64,000 bases of DNA, taken from assembly GCA_965228735.1 (NCBI GenBank), contig OZ245838.1:3136001-3200000 (forward strand), written 5' to 3'. The position numbers and the translations under genes are program-made. This DNA comes from Planctomycetota bacterium (GTDB lineage Bacteria; Planctomycetota; UBA1135; UBA2386). The notes under the pieces were generated by a model. The model searched no databases. It was given only the letters and a program-made list of their open reading frames with translations, and had not been told where the DNA came from. Shown here in pieces: positions 1 through 8,581 of the stretch (position 1 is its first letter; each line of letters begins with the position of its first letter).

Positions 1-357
1 ACGATCCACGGCGTCGTCGGGCTGTCGGGGGTCTACGACGTTCGTCCCGAGCACCGATTGCTGGCAACGGTGTTCGGCGCCGACGCGGACGGGCGCACGG
101 CGGCCTCGCCGATCGTCCACGCGCACGAGCACGCGCCACCGTTCTTCCTGCGCTGGGGCAGCCGCGACATCGACGGGTTGCCGGCCAGCGCCATGGCGCT
201 CACGAACAGGCTGCAGGCGCTCGACGTCCCGGTCGACGCCCTCGAGCTCCGCGGCGAGGGCCACACGGGCTACGCCTACCGCGTCGCGCGCGAGTCCTGC
301 GCCATCGGCGAGCCGCTGCTCGAGTTCCTGCAGCGGCCGCGGCCAGAGGTGAGGTAG
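1..357 (+). CDS. alpha/beta hydrolase (esterase-like), 5'-partial
   Basis: Frame open from base 1: TIHGVVGLSGVYD...ASPI...PPFFLRWGSRD...GEGH, typical of the C-terminal half of alpha/beta hydrolases (acid and His of the triad). Confidence 0.7.
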   Translation, partial: TIHGVVGLSGVYDVRPEHRLLATVFGADADGRTAASPIVHAHEHAPPFFLRWGSRDIDGLPASAMALTNRLQALDVPVDALELRGEGHTGYAYRVARESCAIGEPLLEFLQRPRPEVR

Positions 358-432
358 GCGCCAGGGCCAGCCGGGCCGGCCGCGCCAGCCCGGCCTTGAA
401 CGGCGGCCGCGCCCGTGGACAGTGCTCGCCGA

Positions 433-1959
433 ATGAACGTCTCCTTCCTCAAGACTCTCGGCATCGGCAAGACCAACCCCGGCGCCTTCGACGGCAAATG
501 GCGCAAGACCAAGGGCGATACGCTCGACGTTCGGTCGCCGATCGACGGCAAGGTCAAGGCGACCGTCAAGATGGCGACCAAGGCCGACTACGCGGCCGTC
601 AGCAAGGCCGCGCACGCCGCGTTCCAGCGTTGGCGCGAACTGCCGGCACCCCAGCGCGGTGAGTACGTGCGCCGGATCGGCGAGGCGTTCCGCGAGTACA
701 AGGAGCCGCTCGGCAAGCTCGTCGCGCTCGAGGCGGGCAAGATCCTGCAGGAGGGCCTCGGCGAAGCGCAGGAGTGCATCGACATCGCGGACTTCGCGGT
801 CGGCCTCTCGCGCCAGCTCTACGGCCTGACGATCGCGAGTGAGCGCCACCGCCACGCGATGCGCGAGAACTGGCACCCGCTCGGCACCGTCGGGATCATC
901 ACGGCGTTCAACTTCCCGATCGCGGTCTGGGCGTGGAACTCGATGCTCGCGCTCGTCTGCGGCGACTCGTGCCTCTGGAAGCCGTCACTCAAGACGCCGC
1001 TGACGGCGATCGCGATGACGAAGATCGCGGCGGACGTTCTCGGCAAGGAGTGGGCGCCGCTCGTCGGACTCGTCATCGGCCCGGACCTCGAGGTCGGCAG
1101 CGCGCTGCTCGACGACCCGGCCGTGCCGCTCGTGTCCGCGACCGGCAGCACGCGCATGGGCCGCATCGTCGGCCCGCGCGTCGCGCAACGCTTCGGCAGG
1201 ACGCTGCTGGAGCTCGGCGGCAACAACGCGATCATCGTCATGGACGACGCCGACCTCGACCTCGCGACGCGCGCGATCGTGTTCGGCGCGGTCGGCACGG
1301 CCGGCCAGCGCTGCACGTCGACGCGCCGCGTGCTCGTGCACAAGAAGGTGCAGAAGAAGCTCGTCGAGCGCCTCGTGAAGGCCTACGGCAGCTGCAAGAT
1401 CGGCAACCCGCTGGACCAGAAGACCCTCGTCGGCCCGCTGATCGACGAGACGTCGGCGCAGGCGTTCGAACGCGCGATCGCTGCCGCAGAGGCGCAGGGG
1501 GGCAAGGTCGTGGTCGGCGGCAAGCGCGCCCGGGTCGCGCCGGCGATCAAGGGCGGCGCCTACGTGCAGCCGACGATCGTCACCTGCAAGGGCATGATCG
1601 ACATCGCGCGCGAGGAGACGTTCGCGCCGATCCTCTACGTGATGCCGATCGATTCGCTCGAGCAGGCGATCGCGATCAACAACGACGTGCCGCAGGGCCT
1701 GTCGAGCGCGATCTTCTCGAACAACGTGCGCGCGGCCGAACACTTCATCTCCGCGATCGGTAGCGACTGCGGCATCGCCAACGTGAACATCGGCACGAGC
1801 GGCGCCGAGATCGGCGGCGCGTTCGGCGGCGAGAAGGAGACCGGCGGCGGGCGCGAGAGCGGCTCGGACAGCTGGAAGGCCTACATGCGGCGCCAGACCT
1901 GCACGATCAACTGGGGCGACGAGCTGCCGTTGGCGCAGGGCATCGAGTTCGGCGGCTGA
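433..1959 (+). CDS. aldehyde dehydrogenase, ALDH7 / piperideine-6-carboxylate (aminoadipate-semialdehyde) dehydrogenase-like
   Basis: ITAFNFP, LELGGNN, GTAGQRCT (catalytic Cys), EETFAP, GAEIGGAFGGEKETGGGRESGSDSWKAYMRRQT and PLAQGI are ALDH7-type motifs; ATG at 433. Confidence 0.92.
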   Translation: MNVSFLKTLGIGKTNPGAFDGKWRKTKGDTLDVRSPIDGKVKATVKMATKADYAAVSKAAHAAFQRWRELPAPQRGEYVRRIGEAFREYKEPLGKLVALEAGKILQEGLGEAQECIDIADFAVGLSRQLYGLTIASERHRHAMRENWHPLGTVGIITAFNFPIAVWAWNSMLALVCGDSCLWKPSLKTPLTAIAMTKIAADVLGKEWAPLVGLVIGPDLEVGSALLDDPAVPLVSATGSTRMGRIVGPRVAQRFGRTLLELGGNNAIIVMDDADLDLATRAIVFGAVGTAGQRCTSTRRVLVHKKVQKKLVERLVKAYGSCKIGNPLDQKTLVGPLIDETSAQAFERAIAAAEAQGGKVVVGGKRARVAPAIKGGAYVQPTIVTCKGMIDIAREETFAPILYVMPIDSLEQAIAINNDVPQGLSSAIFSNNVRAAEHFISAIGSDCGIANVNIGTSGAEIGGAFGGEKETGGGRESGSDSWKAYMRRQTCTINWGDELPLAQGIEFGG

Positions 1960-1978
1960 ATCGGCCGATAGCGGACCC

Positions 1979-2923
1979 ATGTCGGACGCCGTCACCTTCC
2001 ACGTGCCCGCCAGCGCCAGCAACCTCGGTTCTGGCTTCGGCGTGCTCGCTCTGGCGCTCGACATGTCGCTCTCCATCACGGTCGAGCCGCGCACGGACGG
2101 TGAGATCGTCGTCGACCGCAAGGACGACCCGAGCGCACACCTCGACGATCCGCGGCACGACCCGGCACTCCGGGGCTTTCGCGCGGCCGTCGACGCGCTG
2201 GGCATCTCGCTCAAGAAGGGCGGCGCGACGGTGATCGTCGAGGGCGCGATCCCGCGCGGGACCGGCCTCGGCACGATCTCGGCCGGCTTCGCCGCGGGCT
2301 TCGGCGCCGCGGCCCGGATCGCCAAGAAGACCTGTTCGGTCGCGGCCGCGCTCGACCGGCTCGTGCCGCTCGGCGCCGACCCCGCCCACGCCGCGGCCGC
2401 GCTCGGCGGCGGCCTCTGCGCGACGACGCTACTGTCCGCGCCGGGCGACGGCGAGCTGAGACAGAACGTGCTGCCGCAGCCGATCGATCCGGACTGGCAC
2501 TACGTCGTCGCGATGCCCGACATCCAGATGGGCACGGCCGAGACCAAGCGCGTGCTGCCGCCGACGCTGCCGCACGCCGCGACGCCGCGCGCCGTCGGCC
2601 GCGCGATCGGTGTGCTGCACGCGCTCGAGAGCGGTGACGAGGAGCTGCTGCGCGCGTCCCTCGTCGACGAGGTGCACGTGCCGCACCGTCGTCGCCTCGT
2701 GCCCGGCCTGCACCGCTCGATCGCGGCTGCCGTCGACGCCGGCGCTGCCGGCGCGACGATCTGCGGCCACGGTCCCGGCGTCATCGCATTCACGACCGTC
2801 GACGGTCGCACGCCCGCGATCGCGAAGGCGATGGTCGAAGCGTTCGACGACGCGGGCTCGCGCGCGACGACGCTGACGCTGCAGACCGCGTTCTACGGCG
2901 CGTTGCCGACCGGGGCCGGCTAG
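1979..2923 (+). CDS. thrB: homoserine kinase-like GHMP kinase (divergent active site)
   Basis: VPASASNLGSGF, IPRGTGLG, DEVHVPHRRRLVPG and ICGHGPG align in order with ThrB motifs, but several conserved residues are altered. Confidence 0.7.
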   Translation: MSDAVTFHVPASASNLGSGFGVLALALDMSLSITVEPRTDGEIVVDRKDDPSAHLDDPRHDPALRGFRAAVDALGISLKKGGATVIVEGAIPRGTGLGTISAGFAAGFGAAARIAKKTCSVAAALDRLVPLGADPAHAAAALGGGLCATTLLSAPGDGELRQNVLPQPIDPDWHYVVAMPDIQMGTAETKRVLPPTLPHAATPRAVGRAIGVLHALESGDEELLRASLVDEVHVPHRRRLVPGLHRSIAAAVDAGAAGATICGHGPGVIAFTTVDGRTPAIAKAMVEAFDDAGSRATTLTLQTAFYGALPTGAG

Positions 2924-3116
2924 TCGTCGTTTCCAACCACGTTGTTCGGCCCGACGGACTGATCCGAGACCTGGGGGCTTCGTAGTCGAGGCCGCCATGC
3001 GGGAGTGCGTGGTTGTAGCAGCGCAACCAGGGCTGCAGAGCGAGGCGCCCGTTCGATGGCACCGACCGCTCCACCGGCGGCGCACGTTGCGGACAGGATC
3101 CGCCGATACCGGCAGC

Positions 3117-4067
3117 ATGCAGAAGCCCTGCCGCTCCGTGTTCGCCGCGATCCTCGCCATCGCAACGCAGCTTCCCGGTCAGTCCGACCCGGAGCTCGCG
3201 ATCCGCGTGGGCTCCGACGGCCTCACGCAGGCCGAGTTCGACGTCTACAAGAAGCGCGCTGCGCGCAAGCACCGGACGAGCTGGCGACGGCTCCCCGCGG
3301 CCGTCGTCGCCGAGCTGCGCGAGAACGCGATCGACGACGAGGTCATCTTCCAGACCGCGGTGAAGAGCGGCGCGCTGCGTGCGCCTGACATGAAGCGCAC
3401 GCTCGTCAGCTACTACGAGTCGTCGCAGACGACCGCCAAGGTCAGCCCGCGGCAGTACACCGCCGCGCAGATCCAGGCGTTCTACGACAGCCACCGCGGT
3501 GACTTCCGATCCGAGCCCGAGATCGAGGTCGCGGCCAGGGTGTTCCCGAAGGGCACGAGCAAGCGTGACATCGACACCTTCGTGCGCGCCGCCCGCACCA
3601 ACGCCGCGGGCCAGACGGGCTGGAAGCAGGCCGGCTGGGCCCGGCCCGGGGAGCGCTTCCGCACCCCGTTGACCGAGCAGCAGACCGCGACGCTGTTCGA
3701 TCTGCGCAAGGGCCAGCTGTCGCGCCCGCTCGTCGACTCGTTCGGCACCACCTACGTGTTCTGGGTGAAGGACACAAAGCCCGCGCGCCAGCTGAGCCTG
3801 CGCGAATGCCGGGCGAAGGTCGTGAACCACATGATCCGCAAAGAGCAGCGGCAGCACACGAAGACGATGAACGAGAAGCTCGGCGGCGGCCGCTCGGGCA
3901 ACCTCGAGGAGCAGAAGCTCGAGGCCGCGATCGCGGCGCGCATCCACCGCCAGTGGCACACCCGCCAGCGGATCATCAACACCTACGTCAACAGCCAGAA
4001 GGTGTCGAAGGCGCAGCTCAGCAAGCGCCTGCGGCCGCGGTTCCGCGTCGCGACGCCGCCGCGCTGA
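3117..4067 (+). CDS. secreted PpiC/SurA-like peptidyl-prolyl isomerase or chaperone
   Basis: Signal peptide; QIQAFYDSHRGDFRSEPEI, LFDLRKGQLSRPLVDSFG and LSLRECRAKV match the PpiC/SurA architecture. Confidence 0.65.
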   Translation: MQKPCRSVFAAILAIATQLPGQSDPELAIRVGSDGLTQAEFDVYKKRAARKHRTSWRRLPAAVVAELRENAIDDEVIFQTAVKSGALRAPDMKRTLVSYYESSQTTAKVSPRQYTAAQIQAFYDSHRGDFRSEPEIEVAARVFPKGTSKRDIDTFVRAARTNAAGQTGWKQAGWARPGERFRTPLTEQQTATLFDLRKGQLSRPLVDSFGTTYVFWVKDTKPARQLSLRECRAKVVNHMIRKEQRQHTKTMNEKLGGGRSGNLEEQKLEAAIAARIHRQWHTRQRIINTYVNSQKVSKAQLSKRLRPRFRVATPPR

Positions 4068-4132
4068 GCGCCGGCAGTGGGCATCGCCGGGCCAACGCGA
4101 CAGCCCGCGGGCGCGCGGGTATCCTGGGCGGC

Positions 4133-5461
4133 ATGGCTCCCTCCCGTCGCCTCGCGCTCGCGCTCGGTCTTGCCGCCGCGACCCTCCCCGCCCAGGCCAA
4201 GGAACGTGAACCGGACGGCAAGGCGACCGGCAAGGTCTACGAGTGGAAGAGCAAGGACGGCCTCGCCTATCAATACTACCTGCCGAAGTCGTTCGACCCG
4301 GACCAGCCGATCAACCTCACGTTCATCCTGCACGGCTCGAACCTCGACCGCCGCTGGGGCTTCGCGAACCACAAGGCCGGCGACTTCCGCGCCGACGACT
4401 TCGTCGTGTCACCCGACGGCACGACCTCCAACGGCGGCACGGGATTCAACTTCCTGCAGGGCAAGAACGACCTCGAGCGACTGCACGCGCTGCACGAGGA
4501 GCTGAAGGAGCGGTTCAAGATCCGCGCGACGTATCTCTACGGCCACAGTCAGGGCAGCTTCTTCTCGTTCTACTACGCGGGCGCCTATCCGGACGACGTG
4601 CAGGGTGTCGTCGGCCAGGCCAGCGGCGTGTGGATCGGCACGCAGATGACGAAGAAGCACCACCACCAGGCCGTCGTGCTGATGCACGGCACCGCGGACC
4701 CGGTGGTCCCCTACGGCCAAAGCGTCGGCGGGCTGACGGCGTACGAAGAGGCCAGGTATCCGCACGTTCGCCTGCGCAGCCTCGACGGCTGGAACCACTG
4801 GCCGGCGCAGCCGCACACCGAGCAGCAGCTGGCCTGGTGCGAGGGCATGACGACCACGGACCCGACGCGCATGCAGGCCGCGCTGACGACGCTGGCCGAG
4901 GTCAAGCAGGGCGCCGACCCCGTTGCGCTGTATCAGGTCGCCGCGCGGGTCGCAGCGAGCGACGCGACCGACGACGCCGCGAAGAAGGTCGCGCAGCAGG
5001 CCATGCAGGACGTCGAGGCGTGCGCGGCGAGCCACGTGAAGGCGATCGGCAAGGGCGGCAAGAAGCTCGACGGCAAGCCCTGGGTCGGGCACGTGCCGCT
5101 GTTCTTGCGACATTTCCGCGGCGTGCCGGCGTGCGACGAGTTCGAGAAGGCGTGGGGCAAGCGCCTCGACAAGCAGAAGGACACGGCCAAGAAGCACGCG
5201 CGCGCGTTCTGGCAGAAGCGCGACAGCAAGGAGAAGGACGCGTTCGTGTCGGGCCTCGCGCTCGTGCAGGACGCCTACCTCACCGAGACCGCGAGCAACG
5301 AGAAGATCCTGTCGCAGCTCGAGGAGTGGGGCAACAGCGGCAAGGCCTTCGGGCTCTCGAAGAAGAACATCAAGGACTACAAGCGGGTCCTGCCGGCGAT
5401 GCGCAAGTCGCTGGACAAGGGCAAGAAGTCGTTCGAGAAGGTGAGCAAGCGGTTCCGCTGA
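4133..5461 (+). CDS. secreted alpha/beta hydrolase (esterase-like) with Lys-rich helical C-terminal region
   Basis: Signal peptide; LHG, GHSQG nucleophile elbow, HGTADPVVP and HWP. Confidence 0.75.
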   Translation: MAPSRRLALALGLAAATLPAQAKEREPDGKATGKVYEWKSKDGLAYQYYLPKSFDPDQPINLTFILHGSNLDRRWGFANHKAGDFRADDFVVSPDGTTSNGGTGFNFLQGKNDLERLHALHEELKERFKIRATYLYGHSQGSFFSFYYAGAYPDDVQGVVGQASGVWIGTQMTKKHHHQAVVLMHGTADPVVPYGQSVGGLTAYEEARYPHVRLRSLDGWNHWPAQPHTEQQLAWCEGMTTTDPTRMQAALTTLAEVKQGADPVALYQVAARVAASDATDDAAKKVAQQAMQDVEACAASHVKAIGKGGKKLDGKPWVGHVPLFLRHFRGVPACDEFEKAWGKRLDKQKDTAKKHARAFWQKRDSKEKDAFVSGLALVQDAYLTETASNEKILSQLEEWGNSGKAFGLSKKNIKDYKRVLPAMRKSLDKGKKSFEKVSKRFR

Positions 5462-5512
5462 CCGTCTGCCCGAGATCGGGCAGCAGTCGGCGATTCGTGC
5501 GATACTGCCGGC

Positions 5513-6430
5513 ATGCGCCGCCACCTCGCCATCACTTCGACCCTGCTCGCCGCCGCCACGCTCGGCGCGCAGACGTGCGTCGACCAGTCCTACCTGCCGA
5601 ACCCGACGAACAACGGCCTCGAGATCACCGCCAACCAGAACGTGACGCAGACGTTCACCGCGGGGATGACGGGCCTGCTGACTCACGTCGAGATCAGCGA
5701 GCTGCGCCACCACCAGGGCCTCGCCCCGAATCCGCTGACCGTCGAGATCGTCGCCGTCGACGCGACAGGCACGCCGACGCTGACGGTGCTCGCGAGCGTG
5801 GTGTTCGCGCCGAGTGCCATCGCGACGACGAGCGGCCCGCTGCTCGTCGACGTGAGCGCAGCCGGGATCCAGGTCGCCCCCGGACTGCAGCTCGGCATCA
5901 AGCTCACGAGCCCCAACACGCAGAGTCAGCCGAGCTACGCCTGGTCGGGCACCGCCCCCGGCGGCGCCTATGCCGGCGGCCAGATCTTCATTCGCGACAC
6001 GATCGCCTTGTCGGTCTGGGACCTTTCGTTCCGCACGTTCGTCCACACCCCGGCGACGTTCCAGAACTACGGCACCGGTCACCCGGGCACGAGCGGCATC
6101 CCGACGCTGACGATGTCCGCGGCGCCGATCCTCGGCACCAACCCGAACATCCAGATCGGCGCGTCCGCCCCGCTCGTGCTCGGCGGCTTCCTCGTCTTCG
6201 GCTTCCAACGCGACAACGCCCCGACCGCGTTCGGCGGCACGGCGCTCGTCCAGCCACTGACCGCGCGCTTCCTGACGATCGCGCAGAACGGCGCGTTCCT
6301 GCCGTTCCCGGTCCCGTTCGACGCCTCGCTCTGCGCCGTCACCGTGAACCTGCAGTCCATCGCCTTCGACCCGGGCGCCTCCGCCGGCATCGCGTTCTCC
6401 CCGGGCCTCGAGCTGATCATCGGGACCTGA
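5513..6430 (+). CDS. secreted protein with the shared C-terminal domain
   Basis: Signal peptide ending LGA-Q; beta-rich N-domain (QTFTAG); C-terminus YGTGHPGTSGIPTL...PILG...VPFDASL...Q...SPGLELIIG. Confidence 0.8.
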   Translation: MRRHLAITSTLLAAATLGAQTCVDQSYLPNPTNNGLEITANQNVTQTFTAGMTGLLTHVEISELRHHQGLAPNPLTVEIVAVDATGTPTLTVLASVVFAPSAIATTSGPLLVDVSAAGIQVAPGLQLGIKLTSPNTQSQPSYAWSGTAPGGAYAGGQIFIRDTIALSVWDLSFRTFVHTPATFQNYGTGHPGTSGIPTLTMSAAPILGTNPNIQIGASAPLVLGGFLVFGFQRDNAPTAFGGTALVQPLTARFLTIAQNGAFLPFPVPFDASLCAVTVNLQSIAFDPGASAGIAFSPGLELIIGT

Positions 6431-6488
6431 GCACGTTCTTGCAGCCGGCCCCGGATCTGGCTAGCGTGTGCGGCCCGCTCCGCGGAAC

Positions 6489-6565
6489 GGGCCGTTAACT
6501 CAGTTGGTTAGAGTGCGATCTTCACACGGTCGAAGTCGCTGGTTCGAATCCAGCACGGCCCACCA
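6489..6565 (+). tRNA. trnV: tRNA-Val (anticodon CAC)
   Basis: Acceptor stem GGGCCGT/ACGGCCC, D-arm with AACTCAGTTGGTTAGAGT, anticodon stem CGATC/GGTCG with loop TTCACAC, T-loop GGTTCGAATCC, encoded CCA. Confidence 0.96.
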
Positions 6566-6590
6566 TCTCTGGGAGACTCTGAACCAGAGA
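6565..6590 (+). terminator. hairpin directly after the tRNA (possible terminator or processing stem)
   Basis: ATCTCTGG...CCAGAGAT inverted repeat; no U-tract. Confidence 0.3.
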
Positions 6591-6649
6591 TCGAGCACGC
6601 GGTTGGGTGGACCTGCGGCCCCGAGCGGCAGCGCGAAATCCGGAACGAA

Positions 6650-6667
6650 CGAGTGCCCGGGCACTCG
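6650..6667. promoter_or_regulatory. perfect 18-bp palindrome, candidate operator
   Basis: CGAGTGCCCGGGCACTCG is its own reverse complement; intergenic, about 115 bp upstream of the SDR gene. Confidence 0.4.
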
Positions 6668-6782
6668 AAACCGTCACGGACGTTCGCATGTCACGCATGG
6701 CCTCGACTTGTTCACGGCGCAGGCGCCGCGCTGCACGAACACGATCGCAACCAGCGTGCAGTGACGGCTAGACTCGCGGCCC

Positions 6783-7706
6783 ATGGTCGCGATCGCGCTC
6801 ACGGGCGGCACCGGGCTGGTCGGCGCCGCGCTGCTGCCGAGGCTCGTCGAGGCGGGGCACACCGTCCGCGTGCTCGTGCGTCCGCGCGCGGACCGGCAGC
6901 TGCCGAAGCTGCCCGGCATCACGTGGATCGAGGGTCGCCTCGACGAACAGGACCCGCTCGACCAGCTGGTCCACGACGTCGACTGCGTCCTGCACATGGC
7001 TTACCTGCCCCCGATCGACTCGCCGGTCGCGGGGCGGTCGATGGCCGACCACTGGGTGCACACGAACCTGGTCGGCACGACGCGGCTGCTCGAGCGCACG
7101 GTCGACACGCGCGGCAAGCAGCTGATCTACGTCTCGAGCCTCGCGGTCTACGGCCGTGACCCCAACCAGGACCCGCTCGGCCGCCGCTTCCGCCGCGACG
7201 AGGACTACCCGCTGTGGCCGCTGGAATTCTACGGCTCGATGCGGGCGGCCTGCGAGAAGCTCGTGTTCACGGCGTCGCGCGCCTACCAGCTCAACACCAG
7301 CGTCTTCCGGCTCGGCAACGTCATCGGTCTGCGCGAGCCGTGGCAGGACAGCCCGCTGTTCGAGACCGTCGACGAGGCGGTCCGCTACGGCGACCTGCGC
7401 ACGCAGGTCGGCACGTATTCGATCTCGGTCGCCGACACCTGCCGGATCCTGATGGCGGCGCTCGGCGACGCGTCGCTGCAGGGCCGGGTCTTCAACACCT
7501 TCGACCGCTGGTTCGACCACGCCAGCCTGGCGCCCTGGCTGTCCGAGCTGCTCGGCAAGCCCGTCGGCGTGTCGTGCGCCGAGGCGCGCGAGCCCAGCGC
7601 GCCGATCCAGGGCGAGCGCATCCGCGAGCGCTACGCGACCTTCGACACCGAGCAGGCGATGCGCGAGCTGTGCGCGGAGCTGGTCTCGCGCTGCCTGCAG
7701 GCCTAG
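6783..7706 (+). CDS. NAD-dependent epimerase/dehydratase (extended SDR)
   Basis: TGGTGLVG Rossmann motif, HMA, NLVGT, YVSSLAVYG, YGSMR and VFRLGNVIG. Confidence 0.85.
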   Translation: MVAIALTGGTGLVGAALLPRLVEAGHTVRVLVRPRADRQLPKLPGITWIEGRLDEQDPLDQLVHDVDCVLHMAYLPPIDSPVAGRSMADHWVHTNLVGTTRLLERTVDTRGKQLIYVSSLAVYGRDPNQDPLGRRFRRDEDYPLWPLEFYGSMRAACEKLVFTASRAYQLNTSVFRLGNVIGLREPWQDSPLFETVDEAVRYGDLRTQVGTYSISVADTCRILMAALGDASLQGRVFNTFDRWFDHASLAPWLSELLGKPVGVSCAEAREPSAPIQGERIRERYATFDTEQAMRELCAELVSRCLQA

Positions 7707-7758
7707 ACCCGCTACCCCAGTGCGCCACGAAGGTGCACTCCGCGAGGCCGAGGATCTG

Positions 7759-8397
7759 ATGATCTACTGGCTCACGGCCGAGGACGCCCCGCAGTTGCGA
7801 GAGTTCGCGCAGGTGCGACGACTGGTCGTCTGGCCCGGGGCGCCGAAGCCCGAGGATCCGCGCAAGCTCACGCCCGTGGACGATGCGATGTTCACGGTGC
7901 TGGCGGCCCATGACCTGGAAGAGCTCTACCTGCAGGACTGCCCCGGCATCACCGGCAACGGCATCGGCAAACTGCGCGTTCTGCGAAAACTCGAGATCGC
8001 GAGCGGCGTCGAGCTGTCCTCGGCTGCGATGCGAGAGATCGCCACGCTCGCGAACCTCGAGACGATCCAGCTGCCAGCCGACCTCTCGAAGGAGCACCTC
8101 GAAGCCCTTGCGGCCTCCACGAGCCTCGAGCCGACGGCAATGCACGTGGCGCCCCAGGCCGACAGCGCCCCCGAGCCGACCGACTGGCTGGAGCTCTTTC
8201 GCAGCCCTGTCGTCGAGCAGCTCGAAGTGCTGGTCCTGGCCGAAGGACTCTGCACCGACGAGATCGCGCAAACGCTGTCGAGGCTGCCATTGCAGAAGCT
8301 GTCCGTGCAGGTGAGCAACCCGGACACCGAGCGCGCCCTGGCAGTCTTCCAGAGCGCACGGCCCACCTGCGAGATCCGGCGCGACGGCCTGCGCTGA
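7759..8397 (+). CDS. hypothetical protein with leucine-rich-repeat-like segments
   Basis: LEELYLQDCPGITGNGI, LRKLEI, LETIQL, LEVLVL and LQKLSV (LxxLxL pattern). Confidence 0.55.
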   Translation: MIYWLTAEDAPQLREFAQVRRLVVWPGAPKPEDPRKLTPVDDAMFTVLAAHDLEELYLQDCPGITGNGIGKLRVLRKLEIASGVELSSAAMREIATLANLETIQLPADLSKEHLEALAASTSLEPTAMHVAPQADSAPEPTDWLELFRSPVVEQLEVLVLAEGLCTDEIAQTLSRLPLQKLSVQVSNPDTERALAVFQSARPTCEIRRDGLR

Positions 8398-8581
8398 GAG
8401 GCGACGGAGCTTCGGCGAGAACGCCATCCCGGGGCGCAAATGCGTGCGCGACCGGAGCGGTATTCGCCAGAGTCGCGAGGCGCGGGCCCCGCCAAGCGGC
8501 AATTCCAACAGGCCATTGCCGAGTGGCTGGCGAACGGACGCCGGCCGCCGGCCGGCATCACCTGTCCCGCGCTCCGACCAA

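Noticed and set aside
2924..3116. Possible ncRNA or riboswitch in the intergenic gap
   Set aside because: Only a small TGGTTG/CAACCA hairpin; no family consensus that I recognise.
6489..6565. tRNA-Val as the attachment site of an integrative element
   Set aside because: No integrase in the window, and I saw no duplicated tRNA 3' end downstream.
8477..8494. EARAPP peptide on the plus strand resembling an IS91 transposase tail
   Set aside because: Too short, easily random in GC-rich DNA, with no supporting upstream motif.
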